A stretch of 64,000 nt of DNA. Origin: Bacteroidota bacterium. GTDB taxonomy: Bacteria > Bacteroidota > Bacteroidia > B-17B0 > Aurantibacillaceae. A program made the translations under genes and the position numbers. Location of the stretch: positions 9,189-73,188 of the forward strand of contig JADBXZ010000091.1 of NCBI GenBank assembly GCA_020403265.1, in the 5' to 3' direction. The notes below the pieces were generated by a model. It searched no databases. It saw only the letters and a list, made by a program, of their open reading frames with translations, and was not told the origin of the DNA. Shown here one piece after another: positions 46,782 to 57,201 of this stretch (positions within the stretch are counted from its first letter, which is position 1; each line of letters begins with the position of its first letter).

Positions 46782-47981
46782 ATGCCAGTTATTTCATCAA
46801 AAGCTAATAAGATGCCAGCGTCTCCAATTCGTAAATTGGTGCCATTTGCTGAAGCCGCAAAAAAGCGTGGAACAAAAATTTACCATTTAAATATTGGACA
46901 GCCGGATATTGAAACCCCAACAACATTTATTAATGCTGTAAAAAATGCGGATGTTAAAGTATTAGAATATAGTCATAGTGCCGGTAATGAAAGCTACAGA
47001 AAAAAACTGTGTGGTTATTATAAGGAGCATCAAATTCATTTAGACGCATCTGAAATTATAATTACTTGCGGAGGAAGTGAGGCTATTGAAATTGCAATGA
47101 TGACCTGCTTTAATCCCGGAGATGAAATTATTATACCAGAACCATTTTATGCTAACTATAACGGATTTAGCATGGCTGCTGATGTAAAAGTTGTTCCGAT
47201 CAGAAGTTATATTGATAGTGGTTTTGCTTTACCCCCAATTTCAGAATTTGAAAAGGTGATTTCGAGTAAAACAAAAGGGATTATGATTTGTAATCCGGGC
47301 AATCCAACAGGCTATCTATACACAAGAGAGGAGCTTGAGGCGCTTAAGGAACTTGTTAAAAAACACGATTTGTATTTGTTGAGTGATGAAGTTTATAGAG
47401 AGTTTTGTTACGATGGTAAAGATTATATAAGTGTAATGCATTTAGAAGGTATTGAACAAAATGTTGTTTTGCTCGATTCAATCAGTAAACGTTATAGTGC
47501 TTGTGGTGCAAGAATTGGCGCTATGATTTCTAAAAATAAAGAAGTAATGCAAGCGGCTTTAAAATTTGCACAGGCAAGATTGAGTCCGCCCAGCTATGGG
47601 CAAATTGGTGCTGAGGCTGCTTTGGATACACCAAAGAGTTATTTTGAGGAGGTAAAAAACGAATATGTAGCCAGAAGAAATTTTGTTATTGATGCTCTTA
47701 ATAAAATCCAAGGGGTATTTTGTCCAAAACCAAGCGGTGCATTTTACTGTATAGCAAAATTACCTATTGACAATGCCGATAAATTTTGCCAATGGTTATT
47801 AGAAGAATTTAGTTACAATCAACAAACAGTAATGCTTGCTCCTGCAACCGGATTTTATTCTACACCCGGAGCCGGACTTAACGAAGTGCGGATTGCCTAT
47901 ATTTTGAATTTACAAGACTTGAATAATGCAATGCTGTGTTTGGCAGAAGCTTTGAAGGTTTATCCCGGTAAAACAAATTAA
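46782..47981 (+). CDS. PLP-dependent aminotransferase class I/II (aspartate aminotransferase-like)
   Basis: LNIGQPD, PFYANY, NPGNPTG, DEVY and SISKRYSACGARIG motifs. Confidence 0.92.
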   Translation: MPVISSKANKMPASPIRKLVPFAEAAKKRGTKIYHLNIGQPDIETPTTFINAVKNADVKVLEYSHSAGNESYRKKLCGYYKEHQIHLDASEIIITCGGSEAIEIAMMTCFNPGDEIIIPEPFYANYNGFSMAADVKVVPIRSYIDSGFALPPISEFEKVISSKTKGIMICNPGNPTGYLYTREELEALKELVKKHDLYLLSDEVYREFCYDGKDYISVMHLEGIEQNVVLLDSISKRYSACGARIGAMISKNKEVMQAALKFAQARLSPPSYGQIGAEAALDTPKSYFEEVKNEYVARRNFVIDALNKIQGVFCPKPSGAFYCIAKLPIDNADKFCQWLLEEFSYNQQTVMLAPATGFYSTPGAGLNEVRIAYILNLQDLNNAMLCLAEALKVYPGKTN

Positions 47982-48622
47982 TGAAATGTAACTTTTTTAT
48001 ATTCCTATTAGTAATTTTTGTTGCTTGCACCAATCAAACTCCAGTTAATAACGACAAAGTATCAGAAATAACGGACAGTCTTTCAACTATAAAACAAGAT
48101 AGTGTTTTACCTGCATCACAATTTACAACTTATAGTGATTCAGCTGGTGTAATTGGCATATTTGAGGTTCCTGAAATGTTAGTTTTTACCATTTTGGATT
48201 CTTGTAGTTTTAAGGATGCGCCATTTGTGATGTCAAGAGATTATGCAATTTTACAAACTGAAATCAAAGAATGCGGTGCTGAAATTGGAGGCGCTCCTGG
48301 TTGTATTTCATATAACAATGACACGTCAAATTACGTGTTTGAATGCGTTATACCAATAAAAAGTGTAGCTAAGAAAAATCCTAAACGATCAAAAATGGTA
48401 GCTTTAAGTGCAGGTGAAATGGCAATTTATAATTATTATGGCACTTATAATTACTTATATCGTGGGTATGCCAATTTAAGAGCTTATATAAAACAACAAC
48501 ATCTCCAAACTAACGGGCCAATGAGAGAATTTTACGTAACCGATGCCATGTTAGAAAAGAATCCAAATAAATGGCTAACACGAATAATGATACCTGTAAA
48601 AAAGAAAACAACTAATACCTAA
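47981..48622 (+). CDS. GyrI-like domain lipoprotein
   Basis: Lipobox FVAC; YYGTY..LYRGY..L..YI and GPMREFYVTD patterns. Confidence 0.75.
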   Translation: MKCNFFIFLLVIFVACTNQTPVNNDKVSEITDSLSTIKQDSVLPASQFTTYSDSAGVIGIFEVPEMLVFTILDSCSFKDAPFVMSRDYAILQTEIKECGAEIGGAPGCISYNNDTSNYVFECVIPIKSVAKKNPKRSKMVALSAGEMAIYNYYGTYNYLYRGYANLRAYIKQQHLQTNGPMREFYVTDAMLEKNPNKWLTRIMIPVKKKTTNT

Positions 48623-48625
48623 ATT

Positions 48626-50023
48626 ATGCAATACAGAATTGAAAAAGACACTATGGGCGAGGTGCAAGTACCTGCCAATGTATACTGGGGAGCTCAAACA
48701 GAGCGCAGTAGAAACAATTTTAAAATTGGTCCTGAAGGAAGTATGCCAAAAGAAATTATTTATGCTTTTGGTTACTTGAAAAAAGCTGCTGCCATAGCTA
48801 ATCATGAACTAGGTGTATTAGCAAAAGACAAAGCAGAGTTAATTGCTAAAGTTTGTGATGAAGTAATCGCTAAAAAATTAGATGATCAGTTTCCTTTGGT
48901 GATTTGGCAAACAGGCTCTGGCACACAAAGTAATATGAATGCCAATGAGGTGATTGCATATCGTGCACACGTTTTAAATGGTGGTTCATTAAGTGATGAG
49001 AAAAAAGTTCTTCATCCGAATGATGATGTAAATAAATCTCAATCTTCAAACGATACTTATCCAACCGCTATGCACATTGCAGCATATAAGCAAGTAGTTG
49101 AAATAACTATTCCCGGAATGATGGGCTTACGCGAGAGCTTAAATAAAAAAGCTAAAGCATTTGAATCAATTATCAAAACCGGCCGTACTCATTTTATGGA
49201 TGCAACTCCTCTTTCACTGGGACAAGAGTTTAGTGGTTATGTTCAACAAATCGATATGAGTGTTAGGGCCTTGAATAATGCATTAGAAGCCGTTAAAGAA
49301 TTAGCATTAGGCGGAACAGCTGTTGGCACAGGATTGAATACACCAAAAGGTTATGATGTTTTGGTTGCAAAGAAAATCGCTGAATTAACGGGCTTACCTT
49401 TTGTAACAGCGCCAAATAAATTTGAGGCACTTGCTGCTCATGATGCCATGGTTGAGTTAAGTGGTGCATTAAAAAGAAGTGCGGTTGCGCTATTTAAAAT
49501 AGCTAATGATATTAGAATGTTGTCATCAGGACCTCGTTGCGGAATCGGTGAAATAATCATCCCGGATAACGAACCAGGTTCTTCAATTATGCCGGGGAAG
49601 GTAAATCCAACACAGCCTGAGGCTTTAACCATGGTTTGCGCTCAAGTAATTGGAAATGATGTTGCCGCTACTATTGGTGGAACAATGGGACATTTTGAAC
49701 TTAACGTATTTAAACCGGTTATTGCAGCAAATGTTCTTCAATCTGCAAGATTAATTGGTGATGCTTGCGTTTCATTTACAGAAAAATGTGCTGATGGAAT
49801 TGAAGCAAATTTACCTGAGATCAAAAAACACTTGGAAAATTCTTTGATGTTGGTAACAGCTTTAAATCCACATATTGGTTACGAAAACGCTGCGAAAATT
49901 GCTAAAACCGCACATAAAGGTAACAAAACATTACGCGAGGCATCTGTTGAGCTTGGGTTATTAACCAGCGAACAGTTTAGTGAATGGGTAAAACCAGAAG
50001 ACATGATCGGCAGTTTGAAATAA
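48626..50023 (+). CDS. fumC: Fumarate hydratase class II
   Basis: [24 protein letters not shown] and [13 protein letters not shown] signature. Confidence 0.97.
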   Translation: MQYRIEKDTMGEVQVPANVYWGAQTERSRNNFKIGPEGSMPKEIIYAFGYLKKAAAIANHELGVLAKDKAELIAKVCDEVIAKKLDDQFPLVIWQTGSGTQSNMNANEVIAYRAHVLNGGSLSDEKKVLHPNDDVNKSQSSNDTYPTAMHIAAYKQVVEITIPGMMGLRESLNKKAKAFESIIKTGRTHFMDATPLSLGQEFSGYVQQIDMSVRALNNALEAVKELALGGTAVGTGLNTPKGYDVLVAKKIAELTGLPFVTAPNKFEALAAHDAMVELSGALKRSAVALFKIANDIRMLSSGPRCGIGEIIIPDNEPGSSIMPGKVNPTQPEALTMVCAQVIGNDVAATIGGTMGHFELNVFKPVIAANVLQSARLIGDACVSFTEKCADGIEANLPEIKKHLENSLMLVTALNPHIGYENAAKIAKTAHKGNKTLREASVELGLLTSEQFSEWVKPEDMIGSLK

Positions 50024-50047
50024 TAATTCAAGAAGTAGTATTGACTG

Positions 50048-50088
50048 AAATAAAAAACCCCGGCAATGTTTGCTGGGGTTTTTTATTT
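50048..50088. terminator. Bidirectional terminator
   Basis: AAATAAAAAACCCCGGCA-atgtt-TGCTGGGGTTTTTTATTT between convergent genes. Confidence 0.85.
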
Positions 50089-50102
50089 TAATAAAATTGG
50101 TT

Positions 50103-50630
50103 TTAAGCTTCCGGTTTTTTAATTTCTTTCATGTTTTTAGCGCTATCAAACATTTTTTGGATAGCTTCCTTACCAAAAGGCTCTGCTTCTGTACTTTTTA
50201 CATCTTCTATTGAATAATCGATATTGCCAATTTTATGGTTGATTAAAAAGTGGAATTCAGGTTTTGTAATTTCACTTTCCCACATTATAGCGTTAGGTTC
50301 TTCAACAGAAAAAGCTTTTAGTTTATTAACGTCATCTCCTTTGAGATCAGCTTTCTTCATTTCAATATCAGCTGCTTGCTCATTAATTGAAATCGCAAAG
50401 TTAGTTCCTACTGAAATGTCCAATGCGCCCGATTGTTGTTCAACTACAGTAAGTTTTGCTTTTGTAGTATCCGGCACAAAAATGGCAAATTGTTTTCCAT
50501 AACGCGTAAGATCTAAAGTGTTCATTCCTTCAGGAGCCACGATAGGTTCTTGTTCACTACCTTTATTTCCGCAAGCCACAAAAAATAAAGCTGTCCCGAC
50601 AACAGTAATTATTGAAAGTAATTTTTTCAT
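50103..50630 (-). CDS. Hypothetical lipoprotein
   Basis: Signal peptide II ending FVAC; 175 aa. Confidence 0.75.
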   Translation of the reverse strand: MKKLLSIITVVGTALFFVACGNKGSEQEPIVAPEGMNTLDLTRYGKQFAIFVPDTTKAKLTVVEQQSGALDISVGTNFAISINEQAADIEMKKADLKGDDVNKLKAFSVEEPNAIMWESEITKPEFHFLINHKIGNIDYSIEDVKSTEAEPFGKEAIQKMFDSAKNMKEIKKPEA

Positions 50631-50710
50631 ATTGATTAATTTAATTATTATGAATGTAAATGTAATTTATTTTTTTATCTATTATTATAATTTTTTTAGA
50701 GTAACAATAA

Positions 50711-50740
50711 AAAAGCCTTGTTATAGTTAACAAGGCTTTT
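50711..50740. terminator. Perfect 13-bp hairpin (possible second terminator)
   Basis: AAAAGCCTTGTTA-tagt-TAACAAGGCTTTT. Confidence 0.6.
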
Positions 50741-50756
50741 AATAAAGGTGATATAA

Positions 50757-50785
50757 CAAAAAACCCCCGTTAAGCGGGGGTCTTT
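50757..50785 (-). terminator. Intrinsic terminator of the histone-like gene
   Basis: Minus strand reads AAAGACCCCCG-cttaa-CGGGGGTTTTTT directly after the TAA TAA stops. Confidence 0.85.
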
Positions 50786-50786
50786 A

Positions 50787-50939
50787 TTACTTCTTTTTAG
50801 CTGCTTTTTTAGCTGCTTTTTTAGGAGCTGCTTTTTTAGCTGCTTTTTTAGGAGCTGCTTTTTTAGCTGTTTTCTTAGCTGCTTTTTTAGGAGCTGCTTT
50901 TTTTGCTGTAGCTTTTTTAGCTGTTGCTTTTTTTGCCAT
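50787..50939 (-). CDS. 50-aa histone H1-like Lys/Ala/Pro-rich protein (absent from the ORF track)
   Basis: Hand translation gives MAKKATAKKATAKKAAPKKAAKKTAKKAAPKKAAKKAAPKKAAKKAAKKK, with an A-rich leader, a double stop and a terminator. Confidence 0.85.
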   Translation of the reverse strand: MAKKATAKKATAKKAAPKKAAKKTAKKAAPKKAAKKAAPKKAAKKAAKKK

Positions 50940-51170
50940 GTTTTTTGTTTTTGAGATTTGTTGATACGAAGTAAATAAATTTTTTAGTCTTATCTAATTA
51001 TTAGGGAGTTATTTTTTCAACAACAAAATGTTGAAATTGTTAATTAAGGAATTTAGCTTCTTATTTCTTTTTTACAAACTGCTATTTAATTAATTTATAT
51101 TTCTTTTTAACACCCTGAACGCCTTTATTTATAAGCATTTTGGAGCATCACTAGTTTGGCGTAAGACAAA

Positions 51171-52790
51171 CTATTTCTTTAAAACAACTTCTTCTTCAAT
51201 TTCCCAATCAGAAATCACTTTTAATTCTTTCGGAAAAATTTCGACTCTTTCAGGTTGTTGTTGCTGTAAAAAATGTCCGGTCGACCATTCTTTGTTCTCG
51301 TCATCATCAAAAATAATTCTCAGTTTATACGTTCCTGGAGTTATATTTTGGAATAGAACGCTTTTGTTATTGCTTTCGCTTAAAGTAAAGAATACGCTGG
51401 TTTCAGCCACAACCTTATTTGATGAGCTAATTAACTGTAATGTGTAATTTTGTTTTTTGTTGAATAATAAATTAAGTTTAATTTGACCTAAACTACTAAT
51501 TGATTGCAATTTAAACATTGCATTTAAAGAATCATTAAACATTCCATTTCTACTTTTAAAAATTGCAGTATCTCCTTTTATAACATATTCTTTTTCCGGA
51601 TCAAAATTTGCACTTATTTCTAAGGTAATCGGGTCTTTAAACCTATACTGATACGCAATTGGCAATTTAAGGCTATCTTTTTTCTGATAAATTATTAGTT
51701 TTGGTATCAAACATTGATTTGTGTCAATTGCTTGAGGAAACAAAATTTGAAGTTTAATTCCAACTTTAAGCAATTGATTGCTTGTATTTGTTGATATAGG
51801 AAATTTAATCTGCTTTTTAGATAAACCGGTTGTAACTAAGCGAATAGTATCATGAAAAAGTGTTTTTTCATCAGTGATTTTTAATTTTAACGAGTCTTGA
51901 TTTGGCCAGAAATAAACATAAATAGAATCTGATTTGGACTTACCGAGACCAGAGATTAAATTAACTGAATTAAGTGCTGTAATTTTTGGTGATACAGGTT
52001 TGTTGAAAATTAATAACGCTTTACCATAACCAAGTATCTGAGATTTTTTAAGGAAAGTTTTACGCGGAGCTTCATAAAAAGAGTAAAGGGTTTCAATAGA
52101 ATCAAGTGCGGGTTTTAGAGGACCCAGTTTAAAGGCTATTTTTTCCTGTTCAGCATCATAGATTAAATTTTTGTTTTTGTCATTAAATGCTACAAGTTTA
52201 AAGCTACTATCAGGCAAAAAGGCAAATTTAAACCGTCCATTAGAATTAGTTTTACAATAATAGTTTGGCTCTTTTTTATAAATTGTACTGTCTGAAAAGT
52301 ATCGCGTGGAATATAGTCCAACTATCATATCGCTTTCTGGTTCTTTAAATAATGCATCTAAAATTTCACCTTGTTGAGTTAAACTATCTAAATAATTACC
52401 GGTAGAAAAAATGAATTCATATTTTTCAAGAGGGTTACCTTCATGCATATCTACGATTGAATTTCCAAAAAAAAGTCGATATGTTGTGTTTTTTACTAAC
52501 TCCTCTTTATTAAAATTTATTATTAGTGATTTTCCAATACTTTGAACTGTTGGTTTTGTTTTTAAAGTAGGAGAGATAATGAATTGGTTGGAAAGATCTT
52601 TTAACTGAATAAATTCATCAAACTTTATTGTAATGTTATCTCCGTAAAAGTTAACTGTTTTATTACTTGGAATACTATTCACAACTTTCGGGGCAGTTGT
52701 ATCACGTTTACCGCCGGTTAGAGGTACAACTTGTGCGCAGCCAACAAATAGTAGGCTAAAGAGAGTGATGTAAAAACTAAATCGCCACAT
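51171..52790 (-). CDS. Ig-like (Big_5-type) domain lipoprotein
   Basis: Lipobox FVGCAQ, TGGKRDTTAPKV, FDEFIQL and IVDMHEGNP motifs; ATG at 52790 preferred as start. Confidence 0.8.
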   Translation of the reverse strand: MWRFSFYITLFSLLFVGCAQVVPLTGGKRDTTAPKVVNSIPSNKTVNFYGDNITIKFDEFIQLKDLSNQFIISPTLKTKPTVQSIGKSLIINFNKEELVKNTTYRLFFGNSIVDMHEGNPLEKYEFIFSTGNYLDSLTQQGEILDALFKEPESDMIVGLYSTRYFSDSTIYKKEPNYYCKTNSNGRFKFAFLPDSSFKLVAFNDKNKNLIYDAEQEKIAFKLGPLKPALDSIETLYSFYEAPRKTFLKKSQILGYGKALLIFNKPVSPKITALNSVNLISGLGKSKSDSIYVYFWPNQDSLKLKITDEKTLFHDTIRLVTTGLSKKQIKFPISTNTSNQLLKVGIKLQILFPQAIDTNQCLIPKLIIYQKKDSLKLPIAYQYRFKDPITLEISANFDPEKEYVIKGDTAIFKSRNGMFNDSLNAMFKLQSISSLGQIKLNLLFNKKQNYTLQLISSSNKVVAETSVFFTLSESNNKSVLFQNITPGTYKLRIIFDDDENKEWSTGHFLQQQQPERVEIFPKELKVISDWEIEEEVVLKK

Positions 52791-52847
52791 TTTCTGTAAA
52801 AATAACCACAATATTTTATTAAAGCGTATATTTATATAGCACAAATT

Positions 52848-53861
52848 TTGTTACAGCATTATTTACAAATATTCAAAAAACTTAGCGTTCCTAAACTTTT
52901 AAATTTTATTGGGTTATGGATTGGTTTTCATCTATCTAAGTTGTTGAAAAGACCTGTATTAATAGGGTTACCATTTTCATTAAGCATTGAGCCAACAACA
53001 AGTTGTAATTTAAGATGTCCGCAATGTCCAAGTGGGTTGAGATCTTTTACTCGTCCTATCGGTATGTTAAGTATTGTTGAATTTGAGAAAAAAATACAAC
53101 AGTTTAAAAGCCATTTGATTAGTATAATGTTTTATTTTCAAGGCGAACCCTTTTTAAATCCGGATTTCCTGAAGATGGTTAAAATGGCCAGTAAATTTCG
53201 GATATACACTATTACCAGCACCAATGCACATTATATAACGGAGATAGTTGCCAAAGAAATTGTTGAGAGTGGTCTAAATAAACTAATAATATCTATTGAC
53301 GGCAGCACTCAAGAAACTTATCAAGATTATCGAGTTGGCGGCAACGTGGAGAAGGTTCTTGAAGGAACAAGATTGATTGTAAAAGAAAAGAACAAAACAA
53401 AATCAACTCATTTATGGATTGTATGGCAATTTGTAGTTTTTAAGACAAACGAGCACCAGATACCCGAAATTAAGAGGCTGGCTGAGGAGTATGGTGTAGA
53501 TGAACTAACTATCAAAACGGCTCAAATTTACGATTTTAAGCAAGCACATCATTTAATTCCCGAAAATTCAAGCTATTCAAGATATATTTTAAGAAACGGG
53601 AAATATCAAATTAGGAATAAGTTGCTTAATCAATGTTGGCGGATGTGGACCAGCTGTGTCATTACATGGGATGGTAAAATTGTACCATGTTGCTTTGATA
53701 AGGATGCAAAATATCAAATTGGTAAACTTGGCATTTCAAATTTTAAATCGATTTGGAGAAGCGAACCTTATCAAAATTTCAGACGTTCATTGTTAAGAAG
53801 CAGAAAAGAAATCGATATTTGTACAAACTGTTCGGAAGGCACAAAAATATGGGCTGATTAA
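52848..53861 (+). CDS. Radical SAM / SPASM domain protein
   Basis: CNLRCPQC motif, FYFQGEPFLN, and SPASM Cys pattern CWRMW..C...PCCFD...CTNC. Confidence 0.92.
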   Translation: MLQHYLQIFKKLSVPKLLNFIGLWIGFHLSKLLKRPVLIGLPFSLSIEPTTSCNLRCPQCPSGLRSFTRPIGMLSIVEFEKKIQQFKSHLISIMFYFQGEPFLNPDFLKMVKMASKFRIYTITSTNAHYITEIVAKEIVESGLNKLIISIDGSTQETYQDYRVGGNVEKVLEGTRLIVKEKNKTKSTHLWIVWQFVVFKTNEHQIPEIKRLAEEYGVDELTIKTAQIYDFKQAHHLIPENSSYSRYILRNGKYQIRNKLLNQCWRMWTSCVITWDGKIVPCCFDKDAKYQIGKLGISNFKSIWRSEPYQNFRRSLLRSRKEIDICTNCSEGTKIWAD

Positions 53862-53864
53862 TTT

Positions 53865-54272
53865 ATGGGTAAAAAAACATTCTTTATTTTATTTATTATG
53901 TGTGGCTTATGGTTTAAATCAGTCGCACAAAGAAGTCAGTTTGTTGATAGTTTGTTTTTTGAAAAGCCAACACCAAAAACACGCATTTTTGTAAAACCAA
54001 AATATAAATATAATCCAATTGGTTATTTGGGAACCGGTGCATTATTTATTTATCAAAATGTTATAAGTGAACAAATTCAAGCTACTTGTGCCTATCATTA
54101 CAGCTGTAGTGAATTTACCAAACTTTGTATCAGGGATTATGGATTTCTAAAAGGTACATTTATTGGGTTACACCAGATAATGAGTTGCCTGCCATTTGTT
54201 AAGTACGATACACATCCTTTATACCTTAACTCAAACGACTTGATTATTAATGAACATTATCTTAAAAAATAA
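53865..54272 (+). CDS. YidD-like membrane protein insertion efficiency factor with N-terminal extension
   Basis: YQNVISEQ...CAYHYSCSEF...G..KG...I.SC matches the YidD 3-Cys pattern. Confidence 0.65.
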   Translation: MGKKTFFILFIMCGLWFKSVAQRSQFVDSLFFEKPTPKTRIFVKPKYKYNPIGYLGTGALFIYQNVISEQIQATCAYHYSCSEFTKLCIRDYGFLKGTFIGLHQIMSCLPFVKYDTHPLYLNSNDLIINEHYLKK

Positions 54273-55038
54273 TCTTGTTGCCATTCTTTTTGTAGTTTTT
54301 AAGTCTCAGTTAATTGGACAAGTAAATGCGGCATTTGTAAATCATTTAAAAATGCATGGTTTAGTGAAGGAATACGATCTCTATATTAAAGCAGTTAAAA
54401 CAACTGAAGACAGTATCAATTTGTTAAGGTTAGATTATTTTATTGCGGTTAATAAACCAGATTCAGTTTATAATCTACAAAAACGAAGAATATCGGAATT
54501 AACCAAAGACACAATTTTACGTTGTGAATTATCTAAATATTGGCTTAGGCACGACGAGCATAGGCATTTTACTAATTGGTTTGATAGTGTTTTGGTGAGT
54601 CCGATTTGCAATTGCGATAGAGAAATATTAAAAGTATTTAAGAGAGGCCAATTAAAATCTAAAATCGACAGTGCAAAAATGGATTTCTACATGGACTCTT
54701 ACCAACCTTTAGTTAAAAGTAATGCCAAAAAGCCACTTAAAGCCGCATTGCTTTCAACAATCGTTCCGGGTTTAGGGCGTTGGTACATTGGGAGACCTAA
54801 GTTATTTTTAATAAATTTTTTAGCTATTACAGGTTATGGTATACAAACAGCTGAAGCAATCAGAAAAGTTGGAATTAAAAATCCATATTCTATTTTCATG
54901 ATGAGTTTTGGCGGAATGTTTTATCTTTCCAATATTTACGGTACATACAACGAGACTAAAATGATACGAAAAGAAAAAAGGCACATCTATTTCCATGAGG
55001 CACAAGTATTTTATAACGATTATTTTAGTTTCAACTAA
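54250..55038 (+). CDS. Hypothetical protein with C-terminal TM2-like membrane segment
   Basis: Signal peptide; KKPLKAALLSTIVPGLGRWYIG motif followed by TM helices. Confidence 0.65.
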   Translation: MNIILKNNLVAILFVVFKSQLIGQVNAAFVNHLKMHGLVKEYDLYIKAVKTTEDSINLLRLDYFIAVNKPDSVYNLQKRRISELTKDTILRCELSKYWLRHDEHRHFTNWFDSVLVSPICNCDREILKVFKRGQLKSKIDSAKMDFYMDSYQPLVKSNAKKPLKAALLSTIVPGLGRWYIGRPKLFLINFLAITGYGIQTAEAIRKVGIKNPYSIFMMSFGGMFYLSNIYGTYNETKMIRKEKRHIYFHEAQVFYNDYFSFN

Positions 55039-55819
55039 TTTTATTTTAAAAAGTCAATCTGCTAAATCAGATAGCTTACTTTTATTTGAAAAACTGGTTT
55101 TTAACGCAAAGTCAAAAATAACAAGTGATAGTTTATTACATGAGAAACTTAATTTTGCAATTAGAAATGCTGATTTAGTTAGTGCTTACAACACTTATTT
55201 AAGGTTAGAGAAAGGTGGATACAGGGTTTACAACAAAAATTATTATTGGAATTCTGCATTGCTTTGTTTGGATAATTTTAATTTTTCATCTGCTATTCAA
55301 AATTACAAGCTTTATAGACTAAATTTTGATAGTCTCAGCATTCATTCCAATTTACTTGGGTATTTAGTGCATGTTAATTATGATTCAATTATAGCCAAAA
55401 AGTACTACAAAAAAATGATTGAGCTAGATTCCACTTTAAGTTGTATGAGTTGCTTTTATGACCTATTGAATAAAAAAGTTAAGAGCGGTACTGGTTACAT
55501 GATTTCCAGCGGAGTTATACCCGGTAGCGGCTTAGTTGCAATTGGCAAACCTTTAAAGGGAATAGCGAGTATTGTTTTAATTGGTGGGATGTCTTATGGT
55601 GTTTATTCTCTTATCCAGTCAAACATGTACATTAATGCAATTAATTGGTCATTAAACTTAGGCATGAAGTTTTATTTAGGGCAAATTAAATTAACCAAAA
55701 AAGAATTTGATAAAAAGCAAAACAAAAAGAGAAGCATTTTAAATAAAAAGTGTAAAGCAAATTATTTGGAGGTATTAACCAAGTATAATTTAACTTATAA
55801 GGTAAGTTCCTTGCCTTGA
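54995..55819 (+). CDS. Hypothetical protein with C-terminal TM2-like membrane segment
   Basis: Signal peptide; SGVIPGSGLVAIGKPLKG motif followed by TM helices; parallels the preceding ORF. Confidence 0.6.
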   Translation: MRHKYFITIILVSTNFILKSQSAKSDSLLLFEKLVFNAKSKITSDSLLHEKLNFAIRNADLVSAYNTYLRLEKGGYRVYNKNYYWNSALLCLDNFNFSSAIQNYKLYRLNFDSLSIHSNLLGYLVHVNYDSIIAKKYYKKMIELDSTLSCMSCFYDLLNKKVKSGTGYMISSGVIPGSGLVAIGKPLKGIASIVLIGGMSYGVYSLIQSNMYINAINWSLNLGMKFYLGQIKLTKKEFDKKQNKKRSILNKKCKANYLEVLTKYNLTYKVSSLP

Positions 55820-57201
55820 TAGAAATCAAGTACCTTTAATTTAAAGATGTAATCGTATTTTGCTTGAATCAAGTTACTTTCAGCTACAAAAACACGACTT
55901 TTTGCTGAGTTAAAATCAAATGTGCTTAGTGCACCAGCATTAAATTTTTGTTCGGCAAACTTAAAACTCTCCTTTGCGGCACTCAGGCTGATGGTGTTTG
56001 CTGTATATTTATTCAGTGCAGCTTTAGCATTGGTGTAGGCTTGAACAATGGTTTTGTATAAGTTTTGTTTACTTAAATCACTTGAAAGCTTGGAGTTTAA
56101 TGCACTAATTTTTGCATTTTGGATTGCGGTATGGGTTTGTAGCCCGTTAAATACAGGGATATTAATATTGATTCCTATGCTCTTATTAACATTATCTTTA
56201 AATTGAGAGGAAAAACTTTTATCTCTAAAAACTGGTTCAGCAGATGGTGCTATAACAAAGTCGCCGCTGGTTGTTACGCCAATAGTTTGGGTGCCGGTGT
56301 TAATACCTGCCAATTCTTTAGCGAGACCTGAATAACCAGTACCGATACTTCCGCTTAAATTAATACTAGGGCTTATTCTTCCTTTAGCTGAAGCTAGATT
56401 TTTCTCAGCACTTAAAACCTGGTAATTGGCGCTTTTGATGTTAGGTTGAGTTTTTACAGCATTTTCGTAAATGGTGTTAATATTCGTTGATAAGCTGGAA
56501 TTAGCATCAATTTCTAAATTGGGTAAATTTATTTTGAAGTTGGTTACGCTGTCTAGATTCATAAGCTGAATTAAATTAAGTTCAGCCAATTGATAATTAT
56601 TTTTACTTCCAACCAAATTAGATTCATCGTTAGCCACTTGTGCTAATAAATCAAATTCAAAACTTTTTGCTAAGCTGCCGGCTTCTACCAATTTTTTCGT
56701 CCGCTCTAATTGTTCTTTACTGATGTTTACTTGATTTTCCGATATTTTAACTAACTCGTCTGCGAATGCCAGGTTAATATAAGCATTTGCAACGGCTAAA
56801 GAGATGTCGTTTTGGGTTTGCTTTAAATTTTCAATAGAGCTTAGGTAATTGTATTGATTAGCCTTTATATTATTATATTGACTTAAGCCGTTCCATAATA
56901 AAAAATTAGTGCTACCATAAAAGTTTTGCGACAATACCATGGTGTTAGCGAAAGTATTTGTAAATCGATCTATGGTTTGCCCAAAATTATAAGTATGAGC
57001 TGCGCCTAAATTAACGCTCGGGAGTACATTGGCTTTGCTTTGCAAAGTATTGTTTTTATTAACTTCAGCAGTAAGTTGTTGCTGTTTGAGAGATATGTTA
57101 TGATTTAAAGCATACTTCACACACTGCTGTAAATCCCAACCGTTCTGACAATGAGCTATAAAAGGGATACAAAAAAGAAATATTAAAGAGGTTTTAAACA
57201 T
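55795..57201 (-). CDS. TolC family outer membrane efflux protein
   Basis: WDLQQCVKYALNHN, LPSVNL and FNAGALSTFDF...YDYIFKLKVLDFYQG motifs. Confidence 0.9.
   Translation of the reverse strand: MFKTSLIFLFCIPFIAHCQNGWDLQQCVKYALNHNISLKQQQLTAEVNKNNTLQSKANVLPSVNLGAAHTYNFGQTIDRFTNTFANTMVLSQNFYGSTNFLLWNGLSQYNNIKANQYNYLSSIENLKQTQNDISLAVANAYINLAFADELVKISENQVNISKEQLERTKKLVEAGSLAKSFEFDLLAQVANDESNLVGSKNNYQLAELNLIQLMNLDSVTNFKINLPNLEIDANSSLSTNINTIYENAVKTQPNIKSANYQVLSAEKNLASAKGRISPSINLSGSIGTGYSGLAKELAGINTGTQTIGVTTSGDFVIAPSAEPVFRDKSFSSQFKDNVNKSIGININIPVFNGLQTHTAIQNAKISALNSKLSSDLSKQNLYKTIVQAYTNAKAALNKYTANTISLSAAKESFKFAEQKFNAGALSTFDFNSAKSRVFVAESNLIQAKYDYIFKLKVLDFYQGKELTL

Noticed and set aside
50790-50936. Simple-sequence repeat or contingency locus reading of the GCTTTTTTA run
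   Set aside because: All variation keeps a 3-nt phase and yields a clean ORF with start, stop and terminator, so a coding explanation fits better.
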